Positions 18,297 to 28,044 of a stretch of 64,000 nucleotides of DNA are shown piece after piece. Under the pieces are notes generated by a model. It did not search any database and was not told the origin of the DNA. It saw only the letters and a list, made by a program, of their open reading frames with translations. Source of the DNA: an uncultured archaeon (GTDB taxonomy: Archaea > Aenigmatarchaeota > Aenigmatarchaeia > QMZP01 > JACQNV01); the NCBI GenBank assembly GCA_964410585.1, contig CAYPFW010000001.1:160001-224000 (forward strand), in the 5' to 3' direction. The stretch's first letter is position 1; each line of letters begins with the position of its first letter. The position numbers and the translations under genes are program-made.

Positions 18297-18715
18297 ATCA
18301 TTTTCTCAAGCAACTCATTTATCTTCTCTGCTCTGTATCCCAAATCACCCTTAGGAAATGGTTGTTTTGTGTTTTTGTATCCCTTTGAAGGTGGATGAAG
18401 TCTGAAAACTGGGTTCAAACCAGACTTTTTTGATCCTTCTTTTAAAACTTTTTGAGCAAGATTTTTGACATCTTTTTCTTCAACTCTTTTTTCCTGTGGG
18501 AGCCTGCCTCTTTTCAATAAAAGCTTTTCCAAAACAGGATTACTGATTTCGCCCCATGAGATGAAATCCTTAGAAAGCATTAGCATACCTTTGTTTGTTG
18601 GGTTATCTTGTAGAAGCACACATTGGTTTGTCCTAGTTAATCTAAGCATTTTCATTGTGTCTTTTATGTCTCTTCTGACGTTCACACTTCCACGAATTCT
18701 TATTGCAGCAAACAT
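18293..18715 (-). CDS. rpl30: 50S ribosomal protein L30
   Basis: AAIRIRG.VN, TMKMLRL, WGEI, FRLHPPSKG, GDLGYR..INELLEKM. Confidence 0.96.
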   Translation of the reverse strand: MFAAIRIRGSVNVRRDIKDTMKMLRLTRTNQCVLLQDNPTNKGMLMLSKDFISWGEISNPVLEKLLLKRGRLPQEKRVEEKDVKNLAQKVLKEGSKKSGLNPVFRLHPPSKGYKNTKQPFPKGDLGYRAEKINELLEKMI

Positions 18716-18782
18716 ATTGTTTCCGATACCTCCCTGATAACATCAGGGTTTCTATTTTAGTATTGTTAACCAATTGAACAAA

Positions 18783-19544
18783 CTAAATATCTCCTTTTGT
18801 TGTACTTAGTTTTTTCAAAGCCTCAATGACAGCATACGACATGTTATTTCTTGTTGAAGTTTGGCCGAAAGTTTTGACCCAAACATCTTTTATCCCAGCA
18901 AGCCTTAGGATTTTTTTAGCTTCATCATGTGCAGCTAAACCTAAACCTTTTGGTGCAGGTTTTAAAACAACTGAAACAGAACCATATTTCCCCTCAACTG
19001 TGAAAGGTATTGAGTGATCACCAGAGCAACCACATTCCCAAGAACCGCATCCTTTTTTGATTGGCATTATTCCTAATTTTGCTTGATATAATGCTTTTTC
19101 CAAAGCTTTTCTAGGTTCAGCAGAAGCTTCTTTCCCAATTCCTATAATTCCTTTCTCATCTCCAACCACAATCATTGCAGACATTGTGTACCTTCTTCCT
19201 GACTTGTGCATTCTTGTCGTTGTTTTTGTTGCTGTTCTTTTGACTCCACCACCTTTTCCAGGAGATCCACCAATATAAATGACTTCTTCTTTTAGTTCAG
19301 GAACTAAATAATCAACAATTTCCGGCTCCAAAATTACTATACCCTTCTTAAGAATTTGGTAAATATCTGTATATTTTCCATTTACAACATCTCGTCCTAA
19401 TTCTGTTTTAGGAATCCAATCTTTTGGGGTTTTTTTCTCTATTTTAGGGACCTCAGCTTCTACTTCTTTTATTACTTCCTCTATTTGTTCCTTTGCTTCT
19501 TGAGGAGGTTCTTCAACTGTAATTGCTAATTGCTCTGCTGTCAT
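18783..19544 (-). CDS. rps5: 30S ribosomal protein S5
   Basis: WIPKTELG, RMHKSGRR, GCGSWECGC..HSIPF, PAPKGLGL, AGIKDVW. Confidence 0.96.
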   Translation of the reverse strand: MTAEQLAITVEEPPQEAKEQIEEVIKEVEAEVPKIEKKTPKDWIPKTELGRDVVNGKYTDIYQILKKGIVILEPEIVDYLVPELKEEVIYIGGSPGKGGGVKRTATKTTTRMHKSGRRYTMSAMIVVGDEKGIIGIGKEASAEPRKALEKALYQAKLGIMPIKKGCGSWECGCSGDHSIPFTVEGKYGSVSVVLKPAPKGLGLAAHDEAKKILRLAGIKDVWVKTFGQTSTRNNMSYAVIEALKKLSTTKGDI

Positions 19545-19569
19545 ATTGCATAATATACTAAACAGGTAT

Positions 19570-19881
19570 TTATAAATACCCAGTCGGTTGTTCTTCGCGT
19601 ACTCCAAAATGTTTTTTCAAATCATTTTCGAGAAGTCTTCTGGAAACTAGGACTTCTCCATCCTTTCCTAAATGTGATAATAAAATTTGTTCATCAGGGC
19701 TTCCAGTTTTAATTGGCTCTAAAACAGGCCTATTATTTTCTATTCCAACAACTCTAAAATATGGTATAAATGCAAAATCTTTTTGGCCAGCCCAACCATA
19801 TGAATGGGTTCTGACATTCAGTGCAAAAATTCTTGGCTCTTCTTCAGGATTGCCATTTATTGAAATGTATATTCTTCCCAT
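19570..19881 (-). CDS. Hypothetical protein
   Basis: ORF filling the gap between bud32 and rps5. Confidence 0.55.
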   Translation of the reverse strand: MGRIYISINGNPEEEPRIFALNVRTHSYGWAGQKDFAFIPYFRVVGIENNRPVLEPIKTGSPDEQILLSHLGKDGEVLVSRRLLENDLKKHFGVREEQPTGYL

Positions 19882-19955
19882 CAAATTATAGAACAAGCAA
19901 ATTTTAAATATTTGTATTTATCTGCCACACCTTTCTTTGAGAGTAAGTAAAGTAG

Positions 19956-20570
19956 CTAGTCTGTTTTATATCTTCTTCTCTTTCCAATTTCTTCAAACCT
20001 TTTTAGGACCTCTTTTGAATTTGAATAGTTTTTGTATGCTTCCAAGATATTTTTCCAGGCCTCTTCGAGGATTCCGAAGTGCGTTGATTTCAGGGCTTCA
20101 TACAATAAAAACAAGTCAACTGCTTGATCTTCAATTTTTTTTGAAAATTTTCCTAAACTAAAGTCTATGAAATAGACTTCATTTCCTTGGACAATTATAT
20201 TTGAAGTTGTCAAATCGCCATGTATGATTGATGCTGAATGAAGTTTGGAAATGTTTTCACCAATTTTTCTACAAACAGAAGAAAGTTGAAAACCCTTCAT
20301 CAAATTTAGGACGTCTTTTAGTTTATGTCCATCTAAATATTCCAAATAAATTTTGAATTTTTCCCTTTCTAAAACTTTGGGAACTTTGACATTTGCACGT
20401 CTTGCCTTATCTAAAAGGCTGATTTCAGCTGAAGTTCTTTCTTTTCTTAGTTTCTCGTCGAGCTCTTTTATTCTATATCCTTTTGAAATTCTTTCTTTTA
20501 TTAAACATTCTTCACCTTCAAACTTGTCCAAATACAAAACAGCTTCTGCGCCTCTAGCCAAAATTTTCAT
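19956..20570 (-). CDS. bud32: KEOPS kinase Bud32
   Basis: GAEA, KERISKGYR, IIHGDLTTSN, IDFSLG, EDQAVDL, RRRY. Confidence 0.95.
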   Translation of the reverse strand: MKILARGAEAVLYLDKFEGEECLIKERISKGYRIKELDEKLRKERTSAEISLLDKARRANVKVPKVLEREKFKIYLEYLDGHKLKDVLNLMKGFQLSSVCRKIGENISKLHSASIIHGDLTTSNIIVQGNEVYFIDFSLGKFSKKIEDQAVDLFLLYEALKSTHFGILEEAWKNILEAYKNYSNSKEVLKRFEEIGKRRRYKTD

Positions 20571-20604
20571 ATAAGAATATTAACACAGACAGAGAATAAA
20601 TACA

Positions 20605-21165
20605 ATGTCAAATGATTCTGAGGATGATTTAGGTGGGCTTCCAAATCCCGATAGATTGGTTAGCATATTTTCAGAGAACACGACAAGACAACAAGTAGAA
20701 AAGGCCTTAGCTGACGCTGGCTATACTGGATCATATACTTCTGCTAGAAGAGAGTATTTGATTTTGAGACATGCTCAAAGCCAGTTTAGAAGAGAATTAA
20801 ATCATGGGCATGATAAATTAGCAAAAACAAACGGAAGCAAATCTGGTATCCCCAATTCACATTCTAACGGTTCACCATCTTATACTGAAAATGAAGACAA
20901 ACCTAGAAAAAACAGAACTAGAAAACCAGCAGACAGAAAAATATATAGAAAACCAAAAGAGGCGCAATCAGAAAGACCCAAAAAAAGGTATGTGGAATCG
21001 TCTTTATACCTTGTCTATCCAGACCCAAAACACACTGAAGGTTTTCAAAGTGAAGAAAAAGCAAGAGGATATGTAGAAGGTCTTGTTGGGCATGTTGATT
21101 TTTCCAAAGTAGAAGTTTATAGAAAAATAAATTTTAGAGTAGTTACTAAGATTTCAATTGTTTAG
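20605..21165 (+). CDS. Hypothetical protein
   Basis: 186-aa ORF with a basic low-complexity middle. Confidence 0.65.
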   Translation: MSNDSEDDLGGLPNPDRLVSIFSENTTRQQVEKALADAGYTGSYTSARREYLILRHAQSQFRRELNHGHDKLAKTNGSKSGIPNSHSNGSPSYTENEDKPRKNRTRKPADRKIYRKPKEAQSERPKKRYVESSLYLVYPDPKHTEGFQSEEKARGYVEGLVGHVDFSKVEVYRKINFRVVTKISIV

Positions 21166-21481
21166 TTCCTTTCTCAAACTTCAAAGAATCAGACAAAACG
21201 CAAAACCTCTTTCCTGCTTTTGGATCCGTATCACCACAAATCTTCCCATCATCAAAAACATGGCCCAGATGCTGGCCACATTTTACACAAAGAATTTCTG
21301 TTCTAAGCATTCCAAAAGAAGTGTCTGATTTTGTTTTTATCGCGCCCTTCTTTGCTTCCCTAAAACTTGGCCAAGCTGTCCCAGATTTAAATTTTGAATC
21401 TGAATCAAAAAGCTCAGACCTACATTTTGAGCATTTAAACTCTCCCTTTTCCCAGAAGTCAGTGAATTTTTCTTGTGTCAT
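21146..21481 (-). CDS. msrB: Peptide methionine-(R)-sulfoxide reductase
   Basis: CSKC..LF.S..KF.SGTAWPSF, GMLRTEILC..C..HLGHVFDDG, RFC. Confidence 0.93.
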   Translation of the reverse strand: MTQEKFTDFWEKGEFKCSKCRSELFDSDSKFKSGTAWPSFREAKKGAIKTKSDTSFGMLRTEILCVKCGQHLGHVFDDGKICGDTDPKAGKRFCVLSDSLKFEKGTKQLKS

Positions 21482-21993
21482 ACTTCAATCCCAAAATGTT
21501 TTTCCAACAAAAACAAAAGTTCTGGGTGGAATTTTTCTCCTGAATCGATCATTTTCTGGATTTTTTCCAGTGAGAAAAATTCTATTTTTTCAACTTCCTT
21601 TGGATTTATTTTAAATTGGCCACTGTATATCACTTTGAAAGTTTCAAGAAATTTTTTCATCTCAAATCTTGGATCATTGTAGATATCTTTGTACAAAAGT
21701 TTAAGATTCGGTTTAAACCCTAGCTCCTCTTCACATTCTCTGGACGCAGCTTGTTCGTATGTTTCCCCGGATTGAACATGACCACCTGCTGAAGTAGACC
21801 AGTGACCTGGAGTAAATTTTTTCTTTTTGCTTCTCAGCTGCAAAGCTATTTCCCCATTCTTGTTGAACAGCAAAACATGTACAATTCTATGTGCTAGATG
21901 TTTTGTGTAAATTTCTTCCTGTGAAGCTTTACCAACAATTTCATCTTTTTCATTTACAATGTCCATGAGTTCTTCGCTATATCTCGATTTCAT
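21478..21993 (-). CDS. NUDIX hydrolase (IPP-isomerase-like/YfcD)
   Basis: HRIVHV, LQLRS..K..PGHW, GGHVQSGE...AASRECEEELG. Confidence 0.88.
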   Translation of the reverse strand: MKSRYSEELMDIVNEKDEIVGKASQEEIYTKHLAHRIVHVLLFNKNGEIALQLRSKKKKFTPGHWSTSAGGHVQSGETYEQAASRECEEELGFKPNLKLLYKDIYNDPRFEMKKFLETFKVIYSGQFKINPKEVEKIEFFSLEKIQKMIDSGEKFHPELLFLLEKHFGIEV

Positions 21994-22808
21994 ATATTCG
22001 GATTAATAACATTTCCGATCTCCTCCAAAACATCTGTTGCCAAAAGAGATTCACCGAATTTTTTTGCGGCTAAGTCGCCAGCCGAACCAGAGATAAATGC
22101 AGATGCACAAGCCGCTTTTAGCGGTTTTATTCCGCGAGCTAAAAGTGCGCCGCAAATCCCAGCCAACACGTCTCCTGTGCCTGCTTTTGTCATATATGGG
22201 TTCCCTGTATGATTTTCCCAAACTTCTTTTCCATCTGATATCAGATCTATATGTCCTTTGAGTAGAACAACACAGTCTGTTCCTTTAGCATATTCTTTCA
22301 GAAGTTCTTTCCTAGACTCCAAATCTTCTGGGACTTTTTCTTGCGTCATGATTGCAAATTCGCCTGCATGCGATGTCAAAACAAAATTTGAGGAAAGTTT
22401 TCTTTCAATAAATTTCAAAGCATCGCCATCTACAACGCATGGTTTTTTTATTTTGAACATTTCCTGACAAAGTTTTTGTGAGTTTTCACCTAAACCATTT
22501 CCAAAAACAATAGCGTCTGACTGTATTTTTTCAATTGTTTTGAAATGTTCTCTGTCTAAGTAGTCTCCTTGAAGTGGATATGTAATTAAATTTGGAGAAA
22601 AAGAAGCGACAATATCTGCAGCTCTTCTGGGAGCACAAACTGAAACCAAATCACAGCCGCTTCTAAAAGCAGCTAATGCAACTAGCGCAGGTGCGCCTGT
22701 ATACTCTTTTGATCCGCCGACAACCAGAAGTTTTCCAAAATCACCCTTTCTAGAATTTTCAGGGCGTTTTTTGTAGATTTCTTTAAGGATTTCCTGATTT
22801 ATTTTCAT
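21990..22808 (-). CDS. nnrD: ADP-dependent NAD(P)H-hydrate dehydratase
   Basis: RKGDFG.LLVVGGS..YTGAP, VDGDAL, LTSHAGEF, LLKG..D, AGTGDVLAG. Confidence 0.93.
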   Translation of the reverse strand: MKINQEILKEIYKKRPENSRKGDFGKLLVVGGSKEYTGAPALVALAAFRSGCDLVSVCAPRRAADIVASFSPNLITYPLQGDYLDREHFKTIEKIQSDAIVFGNGLGENSQKLCQEMFKIKKPCVVDGDALKFIERKLSSNFVLTSHAGEFAIMTQEKVPEDLESRKELLKEYAKGTDCVVLLKGHIDLISDGKEVWENHTGNPYMTKAGTGDVLAGICGALLARGIKPLKAACASAFISGSAGDLAAKKFGESLLATDVLEEIGNVINPNI

Positions 22809-23503
22809 ATATTCAAAAACTCCAAAATCGCTCGCAAATCCTTTTGTCCCTCTGTCTGATTTACTGAATATGTACAAACTTCTTGAAGTTCTTTCCTTGC
22901 ATTGAATGCAATTGATGTCCCAACCTCTTTTGCTAAAAACCTGTCATTGACACCATCACCAATAAATGCGCACTGATCTCTTGAAAATTTGTAGTCCCTC
23001 ATCAAATGTTTCATAAACTCTGCTTTTCCTTCATAATCACACGGAAGCAGGTTCCAGTGAGAAAGTAGATCTGTTTGTTCATCAAAAAAATATTCACAAG
23101 CAGCAAAAGTATGATCAACTTTTAGGTCTATTATAGCCTTATTTGCTTGGTTTTTGAAACCACCAGTAATTATTGCAGTTATGCAACCCTTTTTTCGTAA
23201 TTCTTCAAAAATCTCTTTAACGCCTTTAATATATGGTACAGAATGAATTATTTCATAGAATTTTTTCATTGTTAACTTATATTTTTGATGACCATGTGCT
23301 GAGTACTGCATCCACTCTATATAGTTTTTAAATTTCCCAGAGTTCCACATATCCTTGCCTTTTTGTTCCTGTTTTGCAGCTTCCTCACCTAGAGAATTCC
23401 AAACAGCAGTCCATATGCTTGCTGTCGTGTTTTTTCCAAAATCTTTTATACCTGTCTCAAAAATTACACCCTCCATGTCAAAGAAAACAATTTTGGTCTT
23501 CAT
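22805..23503 (-). CDS. HAD-family phosphatase (phosphoserine-phosphatase-like)
   Basis: FFDMEG, ITGGF, GK, IGDGVND. Confidence 0.85.
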   Translation of the reverse strand: MKTKIVFFDMEGVIFETGIKDFGKNTTASIWTAVWNSLGEEAAKQEQKGKDMWNSGKFKNYIEWMQYSAHGHQKYKLTMKKFYEIIHSVPYIKGVKEIFEELRKKGCITAIITGGFKNQANKAIIDLKVDHTFAACEYFFDEQTDLLSHWNLLPCDYEGKAEFMKHLMRDYKFSRDQCAFIGDGVNDRFLAKEVGTSIAFNARKELQEVCTYSVNQTEGQKDLRAILEFLNI

Positions 23504-23535
23504 AGGATTTATATAGGATCATACAATAAATAAAT

Positions 23536-24069
23536 ATGGCCGATGAAAAATCAAAGAAAGAATACGAAACGATGAAAATTAAAAGAAGCGGTTTGGAAAA
23601 AGTGAGAGACGTTTTTGCTGTAATAAGGGATTTTCTTTTGATACTTGTTTTACTTGGTCTAATTGTTGCCATTTTGATTGGCATATCCCTGCTTATGAAT
23701 GCCGGCCAAATATTGAATTCAATACAGTCTGGTGGTCTAGGATCGCTTTTAGGTGGAACTGGTCCTCTAGCAGCTCTTGGTGGTTTAACAGGTGGTAATT
23801 TAGAAAACATGATGAGTAGATCTCAACCAAAAACAGTTACAGGGGACTCAACAATTTGTAGACTTTTATCTGAAGCACAATCTGCTTTTTTGAGTGGTGA
23901 TACGCAAACATCGGGTCAAAAACTAATTCAACTAAAAAGTTCTTTTAATAAAAAGGGTTTAACACAACAAGCAGAGTTAACAGACGAATTAATACAAGCT
24001 GTAAATTCAAATGATTTTAATCAGATTGCTTCTCTTTATACTCAGCTTGAAAATTCTGTTCAGTGTTGA
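23536..24069 (+). CDS. Hypothetical single-pass membrane protein
   Basis: One TM helix followed by a Gly-rich linker. Confidence 0.75.
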   Translation: MADEKSKKEYETMKIKRSGLEKVRDVFAVIRDFLLILVLLGLIVAILIGISLLMNAGQILNSIQSGGLGSLLGGTGPLAALGGLTGGNLENMMSRSQPKTVTGDSTICRLLSEAQSAFLSGDTQTSGQKLIQLKSSFNKKGLTQQAELTDELIQAVNSNDFNQIASLYTQLENSVQC

Positions 24070-24130
24070 TAGAAAGATTTAAAAGCTGATACAGTGATTA
24101 AATTTTTATACTTATTCTTCTGTATAATCT

Positions 24131-24550
24131 ATGAAACTAGAAACCAGAAGCTATATCGGGAGATGTATAGAAGGTTTATCAGCTGCTTATAGAACAACTA
24201 GGCACCTTATTTCTGGTAGTGGACATGAGCCAGAACCTGATAAAAGAAGCCTTTACGGTTCTATTTTTAATGATGTAAGAACAGCACTGATCGAATGTAG
24301 TCAAAGAGTAGATTTGTGGCCTGAAGATCTTAATCCAGAACACGATATAGACTGGGTCTTTAGTGGAATAAGAGAAAACAAAGAGGTTTTTATTTTAGCA
24401 TTGCAACATGGAATTATACCTCACTATGTAGATTCACAGAGGTTGCAATTATCACTATGTCATTTAGATTCTCTAAAAACAGTAAAAGATTATGCCGATT
24501 TCGTTTATAGGCTTGCACAAGAACCAGCTGATAAAACAGAAATTTTATAG
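24131..24550 (+). CDS. Hypothetical protein
   Basis: 139-aa ORF ending next to the kae1 stop. Confidence 0.6.
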   Translation: MKLETRSYIGRCIEGLSAAYRTTRHLISGSGHEPEPDKRSLYGSIFNDVRTALIECSQRVDLWPEDLNPEHDIDWVFSGIRENKEVFILALQHGIIPHYVDSQRLQLSLCHLDSLKTVKDYADFVYRLAQEPADKTEIL

Positions 24551-24551
24551 T

Positions 24552-25529
24552 TTACCACTTTACTTCAACATCATCTGTTCTCCAAGTTGGATTGATATCA
24601 TCTTTTTCTAAGAAAATTCCCTGTTTTGATTTGTGCGCTAGAACACCGAGCCAAGCAATCATTGCACCATTGTCCATTGCATAAACATGTGGAACTGAAT
24701 AAAATTTGGCTCCCCTTTCCTCACACATCTTATACAACATTTCTTGTAATCGTTTGTTAGCGGCTACACCGCCTGTTAACAAAACTTCTTCTTTTCCAGT
24801 ATGAGCTAAAGCTCTTTCTGTGACTTCGGTAAGCATTGAAAAACAAGTTTCCTGAAGCGAAAAGCAAGTATCTTCTAATTTTTCTCCGGACTTTAATTTC
24901 CTTAGAGCATCTGTGACAATTCCAGTGAAAGACAAATCCATTCCTTTTACAACATAGGGAAGATCTATATATTTTCCATTCAAAGCAAGTTTTTCGATTT
25001 CAGGTCCTCCTGGAAATGGCAAACCAACTTCCCGTGCGAATTTATCCAAAGCATTGCCTATACCAATATCTTCTGTTTCGCCAAATATCCTATATTTTCT
25101 ATCAACCAAAGAAGTGATTTGAGTATTTCCACCGGAAACATACAAAACAATTGGATCCTTTGCTCGTGTGGTTAGTTTGCCAATTTCAATATGAGCAACA
25201 GGATGATTGACGCCATACAACGGTTTTTGTGTTTTTTTAGCCAAAGCCAAGGAAAAATCTTTCCCAACATTTAGACATGGTGGAAGTCCAGGTCCTTCAG
25301 AAAAAGAAAAAAAATCTATATCTTCTATTTTTTTCTCAGCTTTTTCCAGCGCTGCATTTAGAATAGAGTGACAAAGAAGTTTGTGATGATTTGCTGCATC
25401 TATTGGTTTTATGCCCCAACCTTTCTCTGGTTTGTAGACATCTTTTATATTTGCAAGAACTTCTCCTTTATCTGAAACTATTCCTACGCCAAAGGTGTGT
25501 GCAGTTGATTCAATTCCTAAACAAAACAT
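24552..25529 (-). CDS. kae1: KEOPS t6A synthase Kae1
   Basis: LGIESTAHT, GPGLPPCL, VNHPVAHIE, LYVSGGNTQ, GGVAAN, DNGAMIAW. Confidence 0.97.
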   Translation of the reverse strand: MFCLGIESTAHTFGVGIVSDKGEVLANIKDVYKPEKGWGIKPIDAANHHKLLCHSILNAALEKAEKKIEDIDFFSFSEGPGLPPCLNVGKDFSLALAKKTQKPLYGVNHPVAHIEIGKLTTRAKDPIVLYVSGGNTQITSLVDRKYRIFGETEDIGIGNALDKFAREVGLPFPGGPEIEKLALNGKYIDLPYVVKGMDLSFTGIVTDALRKLKSGEKLEDTCFSLQETCFSMLTEVTERALAHTGKEEVLLTGGVAANKRLQEMLYKMCEERGAKFYSVPHVYAMDNGAMIAWLGVLAHKSKQGIFLEKDDINPTWRTDDVEVKW

Positions 25530-25532
25530 AAA

Positions 25533-25892
25533 TTAGGTTATACTCCTATCTTGATTTGTTATATTTGTTTCCGGTTTCTTTTCACTATATTTTTTGAATA
25601 TTCTCTCTTTGACTAAATTGAAAGCTTCTTCAACATCAACACCAAGTTGGTTTGCTAACCGACACAAACCAAACAACGTATCTCCTACTCCGTCCACAAA
25701 TATATCTTTGTTTTCAGAAATAAATCTTCTCATCTCATCTTCAGACTTGTACCTGAGATGTTGAGACATTGAAATAAGTTCTTCGTGCAAATGATCGAAC
25801 TTGTCTATGTTTGGAAAATCCTTCCATTCTCTTTCTTCTGCAAATTGTTTGACAAGATTCTGTGCTTCTTTCAGGGTTTTTATTTTTTCCAT
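25533..25892 (-). CDS. MazG-like nucleotide pyrophosphohydrolase
   Basis: QNLVKQFAEEREW, LHEEL, GDTLF.L..LANQLGVD. Confidence 0.75.
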   Translation of the reverse strand: MEKIKTLKEAQNLVKQFAEEREWKDFPNIDKFDHLHEELISMSQHLRYKSEDEMRRFISENKDIFVDGVGDTLFGLCRLANQLGVDVEEAFNLVKERIFKKYSEKKPETNITNQDRSIT

Positions 25893-25895
25893 ATA

Positions 25896-26210
25896 TCAAT
25901 AAACCTCTTCTTGTGTAGCTGGCAAATTGTCAATACAGCTCCTGTATTCTGGCTCTGAGTAGTCCCACTCACACTTGTTTTGGACACATCCACATGAAGT
26001 TTTTTGCAAACATGAATATTGTTCCTTCCACTCACATGTTGTCACAATATCAGAAGCTTTATTCTTGGAAACACAAATTTGATTTGAGCATCCAGCAGGT
26101 ATGCAATCGGAATTTGAAAGACACTCGTTTGTTTGGTTTTCTTGGCTCCGATTCTCTACACAACCGCTTAAGACAAGAATTCCTAGAATACCTAAAATCA
26201 ATAACTTCAT
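25896..26210 (-). CDS. Eight-cysteine-cluster lipoprotein
   Basis: LSGC lipobox-like; CxxNSDCIPAGCSNQIC...TTCEW...C...CGC..NKCEW. Confidence 0.8.
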   Translation of the reverse strand: MKLLILGILGILVLSGCVENRSQENQTNECLSNSDCIPAGCSNQICVSKNKASDIVTTCEWKEQYSCLQKTSCGCVQNKCEWDYSEPEYRSCIDNLPATQEEVY

Positions 26211-26261
26211 ACATATATTTATCAACAACAATTTTTATATCCGAATGATCAATGTAATAAT

Positions 26262-27083
26262 ATGGCCAAACAAAATCAAAACAGTTTTGGAATGGGAATA
26301 ATAGTCGGCGCTGTTGGAATTTTCATTCTTCTTGGCATCATGTACTCATCTTCTGGCTACTTTCTGAATTTACCATTTCTAAAACCAAACAAAGTTGCAG
26401 TGATAGACATTTTAGGCGAAATAGCTCCTGGGGGTGGAGGCTTGCTAACTGGCGGAATGAATTTAGACCAAATAGTTTCTGACTTGGAAACTGTTGAACA
26501 AGATCCTTTGTATGCAGGTGTTTTGATCAAAATAGATTCTCCGGGAGGCACAGTTGTTGGTAGCAGGTCAATTGTTGAGACAATAAAATCTATGACAAAG
26601 CCTTCTGTATGTTGGTTAGGCGATACAGCAGCTTCTGGCGCATATTGGATTGCATCTGCTTGTGATACAATTGTTGCAGACCCTTTGACAATAACTGGAT
26701 CTATAGGCGCAACAGCAAGCTATTTAGAGTACACAGGATTTTTTGAAAAATATGGCATAGGCTATCAGCAAATTGTTTCTGGAGAATTCAAGGACTCTGG
26801 TTCGCCATATAGAAACCTTACAACAACTGAGAGGGAAAAGCTTCAGTATATTGTTGACGAGTCCTTCAAGTATTTTTTGGAAGATGTAGCAGCAAACAGA
26901 GTTTTGACACCTGAGCAAATTGAAAAAGTGAGGACAGGTGACATATTTTTGGCAAAAGACGCAATTGAACTGGGCTTAGTGGATAAATTAGGCACCTTGA
27001 AAGATGCAAGGAACTTGTTCAAAAACATTTTGGGATCAGAACCTGTATTTGTTCCTCTTAGAAGTCAACAAAGTTTATTCTAA
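26262..27083 (+). CDS. sppA: Signal peptide peptidase SppA (S49)
   Basis: IDSPGG, AASGAYWIAS, TGSIG, SGEFKD, LGLVDKLG. Confidence 0.93.
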   Translation: MAKQNQNSFGMGIIVGAVGIFILLGIMYSSSGYFLNLPFLKPNKVAVIDILGEIAPGGGGLLTGGMNLDQIVSDLETVEQDPLYAGVLIKIDSPGGTVVGSRSIVETIKSMTKPSVCWLGDTAASGAYWIASACDTIVADPLTITGSIGATASYLEYTGFFEKYGIGYQQIVSGEFKDSGSPYRNLTTTEREKLQYIVDESFKYFLEDVAANRVLTPEQIEKVRTGDIFLAKDAIELGLVDKLGTLKDARNLFKNILGSEPVFVPLRSQQSLF

Positions 27084-27107
27084 AATTTATAGAAATCGCA
27101 TCAGAAA

Positions 27108-27347
27108 TTAAGCCTTCTTAAATTCAGTATATCCACACTTCCCACAATAGTTTCTGTTTTTGTGCTGGGAAATCCATGTACCTGGACCACATCTTGGACA
27201 ATTAACCTTTTTTCTAGTAAGATTGTTATCTTTCACTTGGTAAGCTGAACTGGCCTTTAAAGATGAGTGTTTCTTACCTTTCCTCTTCTGCTTTGTTCTT
27301 TTCCTTACTTTTCGTCCCTTCTTCGGTGCTGCTGCTTCTTCTGGCAT
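27108..27347 (-). CDS. rps27ae: 30S ribosomal protein S27ae
   Basis: CPRCGPG...H..R.YCGKCGYTEF. Confidence 0.95.
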   Translation of the reverse strand: MPEEAAAPKKGRKVRKRTKQKRKGKKHSSLKASSAYQVKDNNLTRKKVNCPRCGPGTWISQHKNRNYCGKCGYTEFKKA

Positions 27348-27431
27348 ATAAGCTTTTATCCTAAAAGCTTAAGCAAAACAGGAGCCTATTTTTTGCTTCA
27401 CTGTTGTTCGCAAAAAATTACGGCTTCCACG
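27348..27431 (-). repeat. Family-B element ending at the rps27ae ATG
   Basis: Minus strand GTGGAAGCCGT...GGCTCCTGTTTTGCTTAAGCTTTTAGGATAAAAGCTTAT-ATG. Confidence 0.88.
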
Positions 27432-27504
27432 CTTAAACTATAGAACTCCTAATCACCTCAAATATTAATCTAAATATAGTATTAGCATAGTTTAAATATG
27501 TAAT

Positions 27505-27551
27505 GTTTTCTTTTGGGTTATAAGGCTTTTCTTTTTCAAAAGAAAAGGGTA
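27505..27551 (+). repeat. Family-A element
   Basis: GTTTTCTTTTGGG...CTTTTCTTTT-TC-AAAAGAAAAG. Confidence 0.75.
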
Positions 27552-27561
27552 TAATTTAAAT

Positions 27562-28044
27562 ATGTTACAGAAAGTAATAATCATGAGCAAAAAGCTTTTG
27601 ATCGGCTTAGCTTCTATTTTGGCTATTACCATAGTTCTAATTTTATCTATTCCTTTTTTGACTCCAAAATTTGAAAAAAACACAATTTCTTTTGTAGAAG
27701 CTAAGAAAACCTTCCAAGTAGAAATAGCAGATACAGCTGCAAAAAGGACATTGGGTTTAATGAATAGAGAAAACCTTCCAGAAGACCAGGGCATGCTTTT
27801 TATTTTCGAAGATGAATCTGAGAAATCGTTTTGGATGAAAAACACGTTAATACCCCTTGATATGATTTTTGTAGATTCTAATCTGAAAATTGTCAAAATC
27901 CAAAAAAATGCGCAGCCATGCAAAACAATAACATGCACAACATATCCGTCAGAAAGGCCTGCAAAATATGTTGTTGAGATAGGCGGTGGTTTGTCTGAAA
28001 AGCTTGGAATAGAAGAAGGGCAAACAATAAAAATTAATTTATAA
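27562..28044 (+). CDS. DUF192 family protein
   Basis: EIADT...R..GLM.R, GMLFIF, FWMKNTLIPLDMIF, YVVEI. Confidence 0.92.
   Translation: MLQKVIIMSKKLLIGLASILAITIVLILSIPFLTPKFEKNTISFVEAKKTFQVEIADTAAKRTLGLMNRENLPEDQGMLFIFEDESEKSFWMKNTLIPLDMIFVDSNLKIVKIQKNAQPCKTITCTTYPSERPAKYVVEIGGGLSEKLGIEEGQTIKINL

Noticed and set aside
18732-18748. Hairpin CCCTGAT-AAC-ATCAGGG between rps5 and rpl30
   Set aside because: A single 7-bp stem with no match to family A/B and no BHB; too little to call a feature
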